From assembly GCA_963728735.1 (NCBI GenBank), contig CAVSLX010000013.1:79632-143631 (forward strand): a stretch of DNA of 64,000 nucleotides, written 5' to 3'. Position 1 is the stretch's first letter; every line of letters starts with the position of its first letter. The notes under the pieces are model-generated. The model made no database searches, had not been told where the DNA came from, and saw only the letters and a list, made by a program, of their open reading frames with translations. The position numbers and the translations under genes are program-made. The stretch is from an uncultured Actinomycetes bacterium. Its GTDB lineage: Bacteria > Actinomycetota > UBA4738 > HRBIN12. Below, in pieces: positions 19,988 through 29,237 of the stretch.

Positions 19988-20703
19988 GCGAGGACCGCCA
20001 TGTGGGCGACCCGCCCGTCGCGTACCACGACCTCGCGGTCGGCGTAGGCGGCCACCTGGGGCTCGTGCGTGACGAGCACGACGCTCGTCGCGTGCGCTCG
20101 CGCCGTGGACACGAGGAGCTCCATCACCAGCTCCCCGTTCGTGGAGTCGAGCGAGCCCGTGGGCTCGTCGGCGAACACGACGCGCGGTTCGGTGACGAGG
20201 GCGCGCGCCACCGCTACGCGCTGGGCCTGCCCGCCCGACATCTCCCCCACCCGGTGCTCGGCGACGTCCTCGACGCCGAGCCGCTCGAGCCACCCGGTCG
20301 CCCGCGCGACCGCATCGCGGCGCCTGAGCCCCGTGAGCCGCAGCGGCAGCGACACGTTGTCGAGCGCCGTGAGCTCGGGGACGAGCTGCCCGAACTGGAA
20401 CACGAACCCGAACTCGTCGCGTCGGAGCTTCGTCCGAGTGGCGTCGGACACCGCGGCGAGCGAGCGACCGCGGTAGCGCACGTCGCCCTCGTCCGGAAGC
20501 AAGATTCCCGCGAGGCACAGGAGCAGCGTCGACTTGCCCGACCCGCTCGGTCCGAGGATCGCGACGATCTCGCCGCCGGCGACCTCCACGGACAGCCCGT
20601 CGAGGGCGAGCGTGCCGCCGAAGCGTCGCCGAACATCGACGGCTTCGACGAGTGGCCCGGCGTCGGCGGGACCTCGTTCCATCGGGAGCGTGGGTTCGGT
20701 CAT
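19984..20703 (-). CDS. ABC transporter ATP-binding protein (MacB/LolD-like)
   Basis: Walker A GPSGSGKSTL, signature MSGGQAQRVAVARAL and Walker B VVFADEPTGSLD. Start MTEPTLP overlaps the PadR stop. Confidence 0.85.
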   Translation of the reverse strand: MTEPTLPMERGPADAGPLVEAVDVRRRFGGTLALDGLSVEVAGGEIVAILGPSGSGKSTLLLCLAGILLPDEGDVRYRGRSLAAVSDATRTKLRRDEFGFVFQFGQLVPELTALDNVSLPLRLTGLRRRDAVARATGWLERLGVEDVAEHRVGEMSGGQAQRVAVARALVTEPRVVFADEPTGSLDSTNGELVMELLVSTARAHATSVVLVTHEPQVAAYADREVVVRDGRVAHMAVLA

Positions 20704-21221
20704 GACTCCTCCTGTCGGGCCTTCGCGAGGCGTTTGCCGGCGTGCTCGATCCACTTCACATCGGCCTCGAGGTGGAACAGCTCGTGGTCGCACGCCATCG
20801 CGCCGACGAGGTCGGCGGTTCGGCGCCGCTCGGTGACCTCCCGCATGCGGACGAGATGCGCGGCTCGCTGCGTGTCGAGCACCTTGTTGGGATCACGCCC
20901 GGAGAGGAGCGCGACGATGACCTTCACGAAGAGCTCGCTCCGCGCCTGCGCCGCCGGCGGGGCCGGGCCGTCGAGCCACCGCTCGAGGTCGCCGACGCCC
21001 TCGGGCGTGATCACGTAGAGCTTCCGGTCCGGGCCCGCGCCGCTCTCGACGGCCGCGACGTCGACGAACCCGTCGCGCCGAAGGCGTGCGAGCGTCGCGT
21101 AGATCTGCCCGAACGGAAGCGGCCTCGCCGCGGGGAAGCTCTCGTCGAACCGACGCTTCAGCTCGTATCCGTGCCGAGGTCGTTCCTCGAGGAGCCCCAG
21201 CAGCGCGTGTCCGAACGACAT
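20700..21221 (-). CDS. PadR family transcriptional regulator
   Basis: LLGLLEERPRHGYELKRRFDE...GQIYATLARLRRDGFV winged-HTH. First gene of the PadR-ATPase-permease operon. Confidence 0.8.
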   Translation of the reverse strand: MSFGHALLGLLEERPRHGYELKRRFDESFPAARPLPFGQIYATLARLRRDGFVDVAAVESGAGPDRKLYVITPEGVGDLERWLDGPAPPAAQARSELFVKVIVALLSGRDPNKVLDTQRAAHLVRMREVTERRRTADLVGAMACDHELFHLEADVKWIEHAGKRLAKARQEES

Positions 21222-21336
21222 GCGGCGGACTATACGCTCGATGTATACACCGCGCAAGTACGACCGTCGGGCTATCCTGGGAGCCGTCGATCGATCCGGG
21301 GAGTCGGGCACATGGGCGTCATCGTGGTGAGGGTCC

Positions 21337-22140
21337 GTGGGCGCGCGATCGCGTTCCCGACGGACCGGCGGCTCACGGCCGCCTGACGGTCAACATTTCC
21401 TCAGGAGTCGGCTGGTCGCCGCCGAGCTGGTGCGCGACGCGCGGGTCGGCCCCGGCGACCACGTGCTCGAGATCGGTGCGGGCGGAGGTCGGCTGACCGC
21501 CGCACTCGCCTCGTGTGCGCATCGGGTCACGGCGGTCGAGCTCGATACTCGCTACGCAGGGCTCCTTCGGCGAGCGTTCTCGAACCTCCCACACGTCGCG
21601 GTGATCGAGGCCGACATCCTGCGCGTGCCCCTCCCCTCCGAGCCGTATCGCGCGTTCGGGAACATCCCGTTCGGGATCACGAACGCGATCCTGCGTCGTC
21701 TGCTCGACGAGCCGGCGGGACCCCTCGACCGGGCGGACCTCCTCGTGCAGTTCGAGGTTGCACGCAAGCGCACCGCGGTGTGGCCAAGCACCCTCCTCTC
21801 GCTCGGGTGGCTCCCGTGGTGGGAGCTCGTCCTTACACGTCGGATCCCCCGTCACGGGTTCGAGCCGCCGCCGTCCGTCGACGCCGGCCTGTTCCGGATC
21901 ACGCGGCGCGATCCCGCCTTGCTCCCGGTCGAAGCTCGACCCGCGTACGTCGGGTACCTGCGCCGCGCGTTCGATCGACCGTCCTGGCCGGTCCGGCGTA
22001 CCTTCCGCGCGGAGCTACCTCCGATGACGTGGAAACGCCTCGCTCGCGAACGTGGCATACCCGTCGACGCGGCACCGCGCCAGCTCGACATCTTCGATTG
22101 GATCCAGCTGCACGCGACCCTGTCGCGGGAGGGACGGTGA
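21337..22140 (+). CDS. rRNA adenine N-6-methyltransferase, Erm family (23S rRNA methylase-like)
   Basis: GQHFL motif, SAM site LEIGAGGGRLTAAL, GNIPFGITNAIL, and an Erm-like LLVQFEVARKR block. GTG start. Divergent from the PadR gene. Confidence 0.75.
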   Translation: MGARSRSRRTGGSRPPDGQHFLRSRLVAAELVRDARVGPGDHVLEIGAGGGRLTAALASCAHRVTAVELDTRYAGLLRRAFSNLPHVAVIEADILRVPLPSEPYRAFGNIPFGITNAILRRLLDEPAGPLDRADLLVQFEVARKRTAVWPSTLLSLGWLPWWELVLTRRIPRHGFEPPPSVDAGLFRITRRDPALLPVEARPAYVGYLRRAFDRPSWPVRRTFRAELPPMTWKRLARERGIPVDAAPRQLDIFDWIQLHATLSREGR

Positions 22141-22157
22141 TCGCCGCCCCAACGAGG

Positions 22158-22781
22158 TCATCCGGATCGCCCGCCGAACAACGCGGGCGCGACGTCTTCG
22201 ATCAGGCCGGCGATCGCGTCCATCATGTCGAAGACCTGCTCGGCCTCGGAACGCGCGGGATCGAGCCTGGACATGAGCTCGATCCCGAGGAACATCGATG
22301 CGATCGCGTACGCCGCCTCCCGTGGCGGCACGAGCGTGGCGATCGGAACGTTTCCCGCCGCTCGACCGAGCGCTTCTTCGACGAGCTTGATCCACTCGTC
22401 GAACCGGTCGAGCAACGAGCCGCCGCGCTCGGGATCGTTCGCGGCCGCCATGAGCTGGGTGACGGCGGTCACCGAACCGTTCTCGAGGTCCTCCGCATGC
22501 AGGCGCCGCGCCACCTCGACGAGATCGCGCAGCGACGACACCTGCGAGACGGCGTCGCGGTAACGCTCGACGTTGCGAGAGGAGGCGCGGCCGAACACCT
22601 CCATCAACAGATCGTCCACCGATCCGAAGTGGTAGAAGATCAGCGCCTGGTTGAACCCGCCGCGCCGCGCGATCGCACGCGCGGTGGTGTCGGCGAACCC
22701 CTCCTCTCGCACCGTCTCGAGCGCGGCCTCGACGATACGGTCGCGCGTCTCCGCGCCTCGTGCGGACGCGCCGCTGCTCAT
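22158..22781 (-). CDS. TetR family transcriptional regulator
   Basis: HTH RDRIVEAALETVREEGFADTTARAIARRGGFNQALIFYHF. Start at MSSGASARG; the upstream part of the ORF is junk. Confidence 0.85.
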   Translation of the reverse strand: MSSGASARGAETRDRIVEAALETVREEGFADTTARAIARRGGFNQALIFYHFGSVDDLLMEVFGRASSRNVERYRDAVSQVSSLRDLVEVARRLHAEDLENGSVTAVTQLMAAANDPERGGSLLDRFDEWIKLVEEALGRAAGNVPIATLVPPREAAYAIASMFLGIELMSRLDPARSEAEQVFDMMDAIAGLIEDVAPALFGGRSG

Positions 22782-23236
22782 GGATCCCACCGCATCTTCA
22801 CGTCGTCGCAGTAGGAGCAGTCCCTGTGGTTGCGGCCGAGCCATGCCGCGTACCGGTCGCGCCGCTTCGACACGTGGATGAAGAACCGCTCGGCGTAGCG
22901 AGACAGGCCGCGGCGGGCGAGCACGTATGCCCACGGCCGGTACTTCGCGGTCGCCCACATGGCGACGAGGAACGCCGACGGTCCTATCCAGGTGTTCCCG
23001 TGCTCATCGACGACGACGAGCTCCTCGCCGAGCCAGGGCACGGCCCCGTAGCGCAGGCGCGCGTCCTGCGATCCCGCCGGGAGGAGCTCCACGTCCACGA
23101 GGCACGGCTGGCCGGCGAGCCAGTCACGGCACCGGAGGCAGAACGCGCACCGTTCGTCGAACAGGATCGTGAGGCGGGAGGATGCCGCCGGGACCGAGGT
23201 CCCGGCGGCATCGATGACGGTTCCGGACGCATCCAT
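22778..23236 (-). CDS. thiol-disulfide oxidoreductase DCC family protein (DUF393)
   Basis: ILFDERCAFCLRCRDWL motif. Overlaps the TetR start. Confidence 0.75.
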   Translation of the reverse strand: MDASGTVIDAAGTSVPAASSRLTILFDERCAFCLRCRDWLAGQPCLVDVELLPAGSQDARLRYGAVPWLGEELVVVDEHGNTWIGPSAFLVAMWATAKYRPWAYVLARRGLSRYAERFFIHVSKRRDRYAAWLGRNHRDCSYCDDVKMRWDP

Positions 23237-23242
23237 CGCGGG

Positions 23243-23695
23243 TCACTGCCCGGAGGTGTCGGGCGTGGGCGGGGTCGGCGGCGCGGTGGCCGCGTGCCGT
23301 GTGCGCGGGACCACCATCTGCGGCGCGACGGGCGTCGGCAGGTCGCGCTGCTCCCGGTGGATCCGGATCCGCCAGAACACGAACACGTTCACGAAGTGCA
23401 GACCCGCGAGCGAGACCAGCAGCAGCGCCAGCCGGTTCACGAGGAACTGCACCGCCTCGAATCCGTCGAGGCCTCTCGAGGCGCGCAGGATGTAGAGCGC
23501 GTAGCCGAGGTTCAGCATGTAGAAGCCGACGACCAGAAGGCGGTTCACGGCCTCTGCGAGCTCGGGCTTGTCGACGAACACGTCGTGGAGGAAGGCGGTT
23601 CCGCTGCGGAAGAGCGTTCGGGCGAGCCAGACGGTCAGACCCACCGCCACCACCACGTAGATCAGGTAGACGAGGATCGCATTGCCGTCTCGCAT
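23243..23695 (-). CDS. hypothetical membrane protein
   Basis: 150 aa with four hydrophobic helices and a GGGAGAAG Shine-Dalgarno. The rest of ORF 23243..24325 is junk. Confidence 0.6.
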   Translation of the reverse strand: MRDGNAILVYLIYVVVAVGLTVWLARTLFRSGTAFLHDVFVDKPELAEAVNRLLVVGFYMLNLGYALYILRASRGLDGFEAVQFLVNRLALLLVSLAGLHFVNVFVFWRIRIHREQRDLPTPVAPQMVVPRTRHAATAPPTPPTPDTSGQ

Positions 23696-23821
23696 GGTCT
23701 TCTCCCTTCTCGGAGAGGATATTGAGCTATCGCTCAAACCATACGCCCAAGTTGAGCGTCTGGTCAAGACCATGTGTGGCCTGGCGAAAGAGGATCGGGT
23801 GACGGCGATCCGTGGCGCAGC

Positions 23822-23958
23822 GCAACAGGTGGACGGCTCACCTGCGACGTCCCCAGACGTGAGCGTCAACCTGGTTCCGACTCCCGACCGGGGTCGGAGT
23901 CGTGAACAGGTATCGACTGGGAGCCTCGGGGAAGCGGGCTGAGGCGTCCACCTGTTGC
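23822..23958. repeat. MITE-like element copy B (homolog of 14472-14610, opposite orientation)
   Basis: Terminal repeats GCAACAGGTGGACGGCT (23822-23838) and AGGCGTCCACCTGTTGC (23942-23958). The inner block ACGTGAGCGTCAACCTGGTTCCGACTC matches the reverse complement of copy A. Confidence 0.55.
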
Positions 23959-24021
23959 GACGGCGCTTTTTCGACGGCGCAGTTGCGACGGCGCGATCCG
24001 TCCCGCGCCTTCCGGCGCGAG

Positions 24022-24426
24022 CTAGCTTGGCGCGAACTCGTCCCAGATCGGGTCGGTCTCCGCGTCGTTCTCGGACATGCCCCAGGCCTCGGTCACCTTG
24101 TCGCCGGCGATGTGGAACACGTTCACGTAGTTGTATTCCACGCTCGCCCCGCTCGGGGCGGTCACGAGCGCCGAGCCGAGCACCACCGCGTGATCGTCGT
24201 TGGCCAAGATGTCGTGGGTCTGCGCCTTCATGGCGTCCGGGTTCGCGACGGCCCCCATCATCTTGGCGACCGTCTCCTTGCCACGGAACGTGCCGGACGC
24301 GCGGCTGTTGCCTCCCACGTGCCACACGATGTCATCGGCGATGTGCGCGTCGAACCACGCCGTCTCGCCGCGGTCCATCGCGGCGAACATCTCCTGGACG
24401 AACGCGACGTTCGGGTGTTCTCCCAT
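24022..24426 (-). CDS. SnoaL-like / NTF2-like domain protein
   Basis: 134 aa (MGEHPNVAFVQEMFAAMDRGE...). AAGGGAG Shine-Dalgarno. Confidence 0.8.
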   Translation of the reverse strand: MGEHPNVAFVQEMFAAMDRGETAWFDAHIADDIVWHVGGNSRASGTFRGKETVAKMMGAVANPDAMKAQTHDILANDDHAVVLGSALVTAPSGASVEYNYVNVFHIAGDKVTEAWGMSENDAETDPIWDEFAPS

Positions 24427-24598
24427 GCTCGAGCGCTCCCTTCTCGTCGATCGAGGCGAGGCCGGCCGTCCCGGTGGCCCCGAGTCACTCCCGCCGCAGG
24501 CTGTCACGGATCGAACGAACCGTGCAAGCCCTCGGGACGCGCGATCGAGCGCCTCGAACTTGTGCTTGCGTTTTCCTTGCGCTACCCTGGAGCACGAG

Positions 24599-25276
24599 AT
24601 GACGGCCGTCCTTCGACTCGACCGCGCGACGGTCGACACCATCGTGATCCCCCTCGGCGAGGGGCTCCGCGGCGGCGAGGCAGCCGCGCGCCGGTACGCG
24701 CGGGCGTGGCGCCGTCTGGTGCGCGACCTCGTCGGCGATCGTGACGCGCCGGCATCCGCGCTCGATGTGCTCGATCACCTCGCGCTCACCGCCCCCTTCG
24801 CGCCGCAGGGCCCGGTTGCCGCGCTCGTGTCGGCGGCGGCGAGCATCATCCCGGGCATGGACCCCCGCACCTTCTCCGGTTCGCCTGCCGAGCTTCCCGA
24901 CCCCCTCGACTATCAGCGGTTCTCCCGCATCGTGTTGCTCGAACTGTCCGGCGCCGGCACCGGCCTCGAGCGCCTGATGGCCGCGTGGCAACTCTCGGTG
25001 ACCGACGTCGGGCGGCTGTTCGGCGTCGCGCGCCAAGCCGTGCAGCAGTGGCTCGTCGACGGCGTGCCGCCCGCGCGGCAAGCGAAGCTCGCCACCGTGC
25101 TCCGCGTCGCCGATCTCCTCGAACGGAACCTGCTGCCCGAGCGCATCCCCGCGGTCGTGCGCACCCCCGCCGTTGCCTACGGCAACCGCTCGATCCTCGA
25201 CGCGATCGGCCACGACGAGCACGGGGCGGCGTTCCAGGCGGTCGAGCGCTCGTTCGACTGGGCCGCCTCGGCGTGA
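24599..25276 (+). CDS. Xre-family antitoxin with DUF2384-like C-terminal domain (RES-Xre TA system)
   Basis: HTH-like LSVTDVGRLFGVARQAVQQWL, and the gene is paired with the downstream RES-domain gene. The upstream part of ORF 24200..25276 is junk. Confidence 0.65.
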   Translation: MTAVLRLDRATVDTIVIPLGEGLRGGEAAARRYARAWRRLVRDLVGDRDAPASALDVLDHLALTAPFAPQGPVAALVSAAASIIPGMDPRTFSGSPAELPDPLDYQRFSRIVLLELSGAGTGLERLMAAWQLSVTDVGRLFGVARQAVQQWLVDGVPPARQAKLATVLRVADLLERNLLPERIPAVVRTPAVAYGNRSILDAIGHDEHGAAFQAVERSFDWAASA

Positions 25277-25311
25277 CGCGTTTCCGACACCTGGTCCGCG
25301 GAGGTCGCAAC

Positions 25312-25806
25312 GTGCGTGTCGCCGATCCTGATTGGCGCCGGCCGCTCGATCCATCGTTCGCCGCCGAGCGAGGCGGCCGGTGGAACCCGCCCGGTTCGTT
25401 CCCCGTCGTCTACCTCTGCGCGACGTCGGCGGTCGCGCGCGCCAACGTCCTGCGCCGGTTCGCCGATCTTCCCTACGGCGTGCTCGACCTGCGCCCGGAC
25501 CGCCTCCCCGTGCTGGTCGAGACCGACGTTCCGGAGCATCGAGCGGTCGACGTCGTGACCGATGCCGGATGCCGCGCGGCCGGCCTCCCCATCACGTACC
25601 CGTTCGACCGACGGGGACAGCGGGCCGCCTGGGAACGCACGCAGCCGGTCGGCACGGCGGCCTGGGAACAGGGCGAGGCTGCGATCGCCTGCCGAAGCGC
25701 CGCGCTCCCCAGGGGCGAGCAGGGCGAGGAGCTCGCCTGGTTCGTTCGGGGCCGCGAGGACCGATTGACGGTCGCCCGGCGCCGCCTCTTCGACGCCTGG
25801 TTCTGA
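25312..25806 (+). CDS. RES domain toxin
   Basis: GGRWNPPGSFPVVYLCATSAVARANVLRR, characteristic of the RES domain (R-E-S residues). GTG start with a GGAGGT Shine-Dalgarno. Confidence 0.8.
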   Translation: MRVADPDWRRPLDPSFAAERGGRWNPPGSFPVVYLCATSAVARANVLRRFADLPYGVLDLRPDRLPVLVETDVPEHRAVDVVTDAGCRAAGLPITYPFDRRGQRAAWERTQPVGTAAWEQGEAAIACRSAALPRGEQGEELAWFVRGREDRLTVARRRLFDAWF

Positions 25807-25808
25807 GC

Positions 25809-26180
25809 TCAGGCCAGCGGGTGGATCTCGAACTCGCGCACGTGCGCGATAACCGCGTGCACCGGATCGTCGCCCAGCACGGTCTCCAGGTGCGGCGCGT
25901 TCTTCTCGACCCGGATGCACTGCCCCGGGCCGACCTCGAACGTGTCGCCGAAGCCCTCGCCGACCCCGAACTCGATCCGGCCGTGCAGGATCCACGCGGC
26001 GATCGTCTCGGTGTGCCGATGGGCGCCCGGATCGACCACGCCGGGCTCAGCCCGGAACCCGAAGGTGCGGACCTCGCCGGGGTCGGCCTCGAAGAGCGAA
26101 GCGAAGAACGCTTCGCCTTCGGTCGATACCGGGGCCGCGTCGGGCACCGGGAACACATCGAACCCACTCGCTCGAGCCAT
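25809..26180 (-). CDS. cupin domain protein
   Basis: 123 aa (MARASGFDV...ETIAAWILHGRIEFGVGEG...). The rest of ORF 25809..26492 is junk. Confidence 0.8.
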   Translation of the reverse strand: MARASGFDVFPVPDAAPVSTEGEAFFASLFEADPGEVRTFGFRAEPGVVDPGAHRHTETIAAWILHGRIEFGVGEGFGDTFEVGPGQCIRVEKNAPHLETVLGDDPVHAVIAHVREFEIHPLA

Positions 26181-26215
26181 GCGCGTAGCGTAGCGGCGGC
26201 CACCAGGCCTATGGG

Positions 26216-26620
26216 TCAACCTGCGGCTTCGCTGATCTCGAACAGGTGCCCATCGGGATCGCGGAAGAACGCTCGGATCTCCCAGCCGTGGTCGACGGGC
26301 GGGGTCAAGAAGGTCGCGCCCCGTTCCAGGAGGGTCGCGTACGCGCCGCGGCAATCCGGCACCCGGAAGATCATCTCCGTGCTCGCTCGGTCGGGGTCGA
26401 CCGGCGGCGCGAGCGTGACCGTGGGCTTGTCCTCGGTGGGCCCCCCACCCGTCACGAGGAGCAGCCAGCCCCCCAGCAGCTGGAGGACGCACGAGGTGCC
26501 GCCGTACTCGCGGAACACCGTCGCCCCGAGCACACCCGTGTACCAGTCCTTCGAACGTTCGATGTCCGACACGACGAGCAGGTGGGTGAGCTCCATCCCC
26601 TCGCTCGGGAAGTCGACCAT
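26216..26620 (-). CDS. VOC family (glyoxalase) protein
   Basis: MELTHLLVVSDIERSKDWYTGVLGA...FFRDPDGHLFEI. Confidence 0.85.
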   Translation of the reverse strand: MVDFPSEGMELTHLLVVSDIERSKDWYTGVLGATVFREYGGTSCVLQLLGGWLLLVTGGGPTEDKPTVTLAPPVDPDRASTEMIFRVPDCRGAYATLLERGATFLTPPVDHGWEIRAFFRDPDGHLFEISEAAG

Positions 26621-26624
26621 CGGC

Positions 26625-27023
26625 TCACCCTAGCGGGGAGCCGACCTCAGTCGTCGCTGCCGGCGCCGTGCGCTCCGCACCGCCGTCGTCGACGCCGCCG
26701 TCGTCGTCCGTGCCCTCCGCGCCGCCGTCGTCGTCGGATCCGCTCCCGATCACGGCGAACGATGCGTCGAGCTGCACCTCGACCTGGCTCCCGTCCGGAA
26801 GTCGGACCTCGACCTCGTACGCCTCACCGCCGTCGCCGACCTCCGTCTCGACGACGGTGCCGCCGCCGAGATGATCGAGCGCCGCCTGGGCGGCGCGATC
26901 GCCGTCGGCGCCGGCCACGGGCTCGTCGTCCCCCGACGTCGCCGCGATGCCGATACCGGCCGCCGTCGCGAGCGCCGCTGCCGCGACGATCCCGACGATC
27001 CAGATCCGTCTCCTCGTCTCCAC
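26625..27023 (-). CDS. PepSY domain protein
   Basis: N-terminal signal/TM, then a PepSY-like block (AAQAALDHLGGGTVVETEVGDGGEAYEVEVRLPDGSQVEVQLDASFAVI). Sits upstream of a two-component system. Confidence 0.7.
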   Translation of the reverse strand: METRRRIWIVGIVAAAALATAAGIGIAATSGDDEPVAGADGDRAAQAALDHLGGGTVVETEVGDGGEAYEVEVRLPDGSQVEVQLDASFAVIGSGSDDDGGAEGTDDDGGVDDGGAERTAPAATTEVGSPLG

Positions 27024-27115
27024 GCTCGTTCCTCCCCTCGGATCTCGCCGCTCGCTGCGAGCGACACCGGCGACATGGTGCGACGCGACCGCTGACGCTG
27101 CGCTGAACGACCGGG

Positions 27116-28486
27116 TCAGCGCGCGAGAGGAAGGCGGACCTCGAGGCGAGCCCCCCCGAGCGAGCCCGAACCCACGTGCACGGTGCCGCCGTGGGCCGTG
27201 ACCACCTCTCGAACGATCGCGAGCCCGAGCCCCGCGCCACCCGAACGCCGATCGCGAGCGTCATCGAGACGCTCGAACCGCTCGAACACCCGCTCGCGGT
27301 CCGCCTCGGCGATGCCCGGCCCGTCGTCGTCGACCACGAGGATCGCCGCGCCGCCCTGTTCGCCGAGCCGCACGGCCACGGTCGTCGTCGCGTGTCGCGC
27401 CGCGTTCTCGGTGAGGTTGCGGATGGCGCGCTCCAGCTGGCCGGGATCGCCGACGATGCGCGCCGCCGCGATCCCGGTCGTGTCGATCGTGAGACGGGTC
27501 GCCCCACGCAGTCGCTCGACCTCGGCGAGGACGAGATCGTCCACGTCTACGGCCTCGGCACGCCGTGGGGCGGCGGTCTCGTCCAGTCGCGCGAGCAACA
27601 ACAGATCCTCGATCAAGCGCTGCAGCCGTTCCTCTTCGACGAGGACGACCCGGGCCAGCTCCTCCGCCCCCATCGCGTCGGGGTGCGCGAGCGCCACCTC
27701 GGCGTGCTGGCGGATCGACGCGACGGGCGACCGCAGCTCGTGCGAGGCGTCGGCGACCAAACGGCGCTCGCGGTTCCGAGCGCGCTCGAGGTGCGTGAGC
27801 ATCCGGTTCATCGTGATCGCGAGCCGGCCGATCTCGTCGTCGCTCCTCGCCTCCGGCACCCGCCGATGAAGCGCACCGGCGGCTATCGCCTCGACCTCCT
27901 CGCGGATCGCCTCGACGGGCCGCAGGGCGCGCCCCGTCATCGCCCACGTGATCGCACCGACGATCGCGAGGAGCACGGGCACGCCGATCGCGAGGAGGAG
28001 CGCAACGGTACCGACCGCCTCGCCCGCGTCGTCGAGGCTCCGGCCCACGACCACGATCCGCGGGCCATCTGGGGCATCGACGGCCCGGGCAACCGTCAGG
28101 AACGCACCGTCTTCGAACCCCACCGCGTCGATGCGTTCCGTCGTGCCGGGTTCGGGGGTCGCGAGCGCCTCGGAGCCCGTCACGTTCGAGCTCGACGCCA
28201 CGACGCCTCCCGACACGTCGAGCACCTGGATGAACTCCTCCTCCGGATCGCCGACCGGCAGCGCCGCCCGGGCGTCGAGCGCGGCAGCAACGTCGTCGGC
28301 CCTCGCCTCCGCCCCCGTGCGCACCTGCTCGACGAGCGAGCGCTCGAACGCCACGACCATGAGGACCGACGCGGCAACGAGGGCGACGCCGACCACGAGG
28401 ACCGCGGCGGTCGTCGTCCGGACGCGGACGTCGCCCGGACGGATCCGCCGGCGCGACGCGCCGGGCGACGCCGCCTCAGCCGCCAT
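27116..28486 (-). CDS. sensor histidine kinase
   Basis: HAMP region, H-box (LVADASHELRSPV), and N/G boxes (NLTENAARHA, DDDGPGI, GGAGLGLAIV). Start MAAEAAS. Confidence 0.85.
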   Translation of the reverse strand: MAAEAASPGASRRRIRPGDVRVRTTTAAVLVVGVALVAASVLMVVAFERSLVEQVRTGAEARADDVAAALDARAALPVGDPEEEFIQVLDVSGGVVASSSNVTGSEALATPEPGTTERIDAVGFEDGAFLTVARAVDAPDGPRIVVVGRSLDDAGEAVGTVALLLAIGVPVLLAIVGAITWAMTGRALRPVEAIREEVEAIAAGALHRRVPEARSDDEIGRLAITMNRMLTHLERARNRERRLVADASHELRSPVASIRQHAEVALAHPDAMGAEELARVVLVEEERLQRLIEDLLLLARLDETAAPRRAEAVDVDDLVLAEVERLRGATRLTIDTTGIAAARIVGDPGQLERAIRNLTENAARHATTTVAVRLGEQGGAAILVVDDDGPGIAEADRERVFERFERLDDARDRRSGGAGLGLAIVREVVTAHGGTVHVGSGSLGGARLEVRLPLAR

Positions 28487-29153
28487 CGGCCGCCAACCGG
28501 TATCCGGCTCCTCGCACCGTCTCGATCGAGGCGCGCCCGAAGGGGCGATCGAGCTTGTTCCGCAGATGGCGCACGTAGACCTCGACGATGTTCGGATCAC
28601 CGTCGTAGCGGTCGTCCCAGACGTGGTCGAGGATCTCGGTCTTCGACACGACCTCCCCTCGCCGGCGGAGCAGGAACTCGAGCAACGACATCTCACGCGC
28701 GGTGAGCGCGATCTCACCCTCGCCTCGCCAGGCACGACGAGCGCCCGGGTCGAATCGGAGGTCGCCGGCCTCGAGCACGGCGGGGCGTTCCGCCGCCCCT
28801 CGGCGGATCAACGCGTGCAACCGAGCGACGAGGGCGACGAAGGAGAAGGGCTTCGTCACGTAGTCGTCGGCGCCGGTGTCGAGGCCCTCCGCCTCGTCGA
28901 GGTCGCCGTCCTTGGCGGTCAGCATCAGGATCGGCGTCCAGATCCCTGCTCCCCGGAGCTCGGCGCACACGCGGAAGCCGTTCATCGCCGGGAGCATCAG
29001 ATCGAGGATGATCGCGTCGTAGGGACGCTCACGCGCCATCCAGAGGCCCTCGGCGCCGTCGTGCGCGATGTCCGCCGCAAAACCCTCCGCCTCGAGCCCC
29101 GTACGCAAGCCCTCGGCGAGTCGGACCTCGTCCTCGACCACCAGCACGCGCAC
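28476..29153 (-). CDS. OmpR family response regulator
   Basis: REC domain (MRVLVVEDE...DAIILDLMLP) and a winged-helix output domain (VRHLRNKLD...ETVRGAGYRL). Confidence 0.9.
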   Translation of the reverse strand: MRVLVVEDEVRLAEGLRTGLEAEGFAADIAHDGAEGLWMARERPYDAIILDLMLPAMNGFRVCAELRGAGIWTPILMLTAKDGDLDEAEGLDTGADDYVTKPFSFVALVARLHALIRRGAAERPAVLEAGDLRFDPGARRAWRGEGEIALTAREMSLLEFLLRRRGEVVSKTEILDHVWDDRYDGDPNIVEVYVRHLRNKLDRPFGRASIETVRGAGYRLAADGG

Positions 29154-29237
29154 GCGCGACTCCTTCCGAGGCGACCATCTTCGCGCGTCCGGCTGAACGA
29201 CGCCTGAAGAGCCGCCTGCGAGCGGGGCGGACCCCGC

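Noticed and set aside
21311-21337. Possibility that the rRNA methyltransferase is housekeeping KsgA rather than Erm
   Set aside because: The ErmC-like EYGFAKRL-type block (LLVQFEVARKR) and the C-terminal FxPxPxVxSxLxRL pattern fit Erm. The accessory context (divergent PadR-ABC operon) does too. This is kept as a caveat in the finding, not excluded outright.
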